Origin: Betaproteobacteria bacterium
GTDB lineage: Bacteria > Nitrospirota > UBA9217
NCBI GenBank assembly: GCA_050257255.1
Contig: JBLMWN010000067.1
Location: forward strand, 1 to 43,701
Direction: 5' to 3'
Length of the DNA stretch: 43,701 nt
The notes beneath the pieces are model-generated. The model saw only the letters and a list, made by a program, of their open reading frames with translations. It ran no database searches and was not told the DNA's origin. Position 1 is the first letter of the stretch. Each line of letters starts with the position of its first letter. Below, piece by piece: positions 42,365 through 43,701 of the stretch. Position numbers and translations under genes: made by a program.

Positions 42365-43701
42365 CTAGCTGCTCTTCCCCCCTCCCTTCTTCCAGTACTC
42401 CAGCTTGTTCAGGGCATTCACATACGCTTTGGCGCTCGCTATGATGATGTCCGTGTCAGCGCCATGGCCGGTCACTTTCTTGCCTTTCTCTTCGACCTTC
42501 ACGGTCACTTCGCCAAGGGCATCGGTGCCGCCGGTAATGCCTTTCACGAGATAAGCGTCGAGCCTGCTCTTTGTCCCGGTGATGGCCGCAATCGTCCGGT
42601 ATACGGCATCCACCGGGCCGTCGCCGTGGCCGGTTTGCCGTACCGTCTTGCCGTCAACCGCCATCTCGACCGTTGCCGCGGGTGTTATGCCCGTCCCGCT
42701 TTCAGCGCGGAGGTGCTTGAGTACGTACACTTCCTGGATTTGCTGCATTTCGTCGGACACGATCGCTTCGAGATCTTCGTCGAAGACTTCCTTCTTCTGG
42801 TCTGCCAGTCGCTTGAAGCGCTCGAAGGCTTTATTGAGATCGTCATCCGACAGTGTGTATCCCATATCCTTCAGCCGATCGCGGAACGCGTGCCTGCCGG
42901 AGTGTTTGCCAAGCACCAAATTCGTCTTTACCAGACCAATCGATTCAGGCGTCATGATCTCGTAGGTAGTACGTTCCTTGAGCAGCCCGTCCTGATGGAT
43001 GCCCGACTCGTGCGCGAATGCATTTGCACCCACGATGGCCTTGTTCGGCTGCACCGGGATGCCGGTGATCATGGTCACGAGCCTGCTCGTGCGGATTATC
43101 TCTTCCGTATGGATCTGCGTATCGGCCCCGAAAAAATCCTTCCTGGTCCTGAGCGCCATCACCACTTCTTCCATGGAGCAATTTCCCGCGCGTTCGCCGA
43201 TGCCGTTGATGGTGCACTCAACCTGCTCCGCGCCGTTACGAATCGCCGAGAGAGCGTTGGCCACGGCCAAGCCGAGGTCATTATGGCAGTGGACCGAGAT
43301 CACGGCTTTATTGATATTCCTGACCTTGTCTTTGATCCCTTTGATCAGGGCACCGAACTCCTCGGGCATGGCATAACCGACAGTGTCCGGGATATTGACC
43401 GTCTGCGCACCCGCCGCAATCACCGCCTCGACCACTTCGATGAGAAAGGGGATATCGCTCCTCGTTGCATCCATGGGAGAAAATTCGACATCCTCAACGT
43501 AGGAGCGCGCGTGCGAAACCATCGCGACTGCGCGCTTGAGCGCCTCTTCCCGCGTCAGCCTGAACTGGTGCTTCAAGTGAATATCGGACGTCGAAATAAA
43601 GGTATGGATGCGCCGTTTTGGTGCGTCCTTAAGCGCTTCCCAGGCCCGGTCGATATCTTCCTTGCGCGCCCGCGCAAGGCTGCAGATCACCGGCCCTTCG
43701 A
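42365..43701 (-). CDS. leuA: 2-isopropylmalate synthase, 5'-partial (N-terminus beyond the right edge)
   Basis: HCHNDLGLAVANALSAI, AHESGIHQDG, and a C-terminal LeuA regulatory domain. The frame is open to nt 43701. Confidence 0.95.
   Translation of the reverse strand, partial: EGPVICSLARARKEDIDRAWEALKDAPKRRIHTFISTSDIHLKHQFRLTREEALKRAVAMVSHARSYVEDVEFSPMDATRSDIPFLIEVVEAVIAAGAQTVNIPDTVGYAMPEEFGALIKGIKDKVRNINKAVISVHCHNDLGLAVANALSAIRNGAEQVECTINGIGERAGNCSMEEVVMALRTRKDFFGADTQIHTEEIIRTSRLVTMITGIPVQPNKAIVGANAFAHESGIHQDGLLKERTTYEIMTPESIGLVKTNLVLGKHSGRHAFRDRLKDMGYTLSDDDLNKAFERFKRLADQKKEVFDEDLEAIVSDEMQQIQEVYVLKHLRAESGTGITPAATVEMAVDGKTVRQTGHGDGPVDAVYRTIAAITGTKSRLDAYLVKGITGGTDALGEVTVKVEEKGKKVTGHGADTDIIIASAKAYVNALNKLEYWKKGGGKSS

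Overview
A 43.7-kb, densely coding chromosomal window with about 55 CDS. I found no rRNA, tRNA, CRISPR array, transposase or integrase. Core genes are GC-rich: one hand-counted 60-nt sample in leuC is 37/60 G+C.

Left third:
- A 5'-partial GGDEF-EAL signalling protein.
- A variant LPLAT acyltransferase and a periplasmic FKBP.
- A minus-strand lipid operon: an acyl-AMP ligase / carrier protein / PlsC acyltransferase fusion, then a patatin-like lipoprotein phospholipase, then a UbiA-type prenyltransferase.
- A secreted Lys/Trp 11-mer-repeat protein.

Middle:
- A redox mini-cluster: an AhpD/CMD-like protein, a ferredoxin, and a thioredoxin-fold ORF interrupted by an in-frame UGA with a SECIS-like hairpin.
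- A compositionally lower-GC accessory patch: DUF2238, SGNH, GNAT, SRPBCC/AHSA1, DoxX, and three RibD_C/DHFR-family paralogues plus a frameshifted fragment.
- sixA, nfi, PAP2, a PNPOx-like protein, YceI and a PP-loop ATPase.
- An APH-family kinase translationally coupled to an APS-kinase-like protein.
- rpoD, TauE, pyrE/pyrF, DUF4388, an OMP, an HNH endonuclease, a DUF362 Fe-S protein and suhB.

Right third:
- A divergent XRE pair around a very AT-rich control region with an apparently leaderless promoter.
- A membrane-anchored decahaem cytochrome c.
- Two tandem asd genes of different structural classes.
- leuB, an HMA metallochaperone, leuD, leuC and 5'-partial leuA.

Dispersed GGAAT hairpin repeats occur at three loci, one inside a 169-bp MITE-like element.

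The items I consider most worth follow-up are the candidate selenoprotein, the self-contained acylation/patatin operon, the XRE switch next to the decahaem cytochrome, and the kinase/APS-kinase-like pair. All product calls rest on motif recognition by eye; no database search was run.
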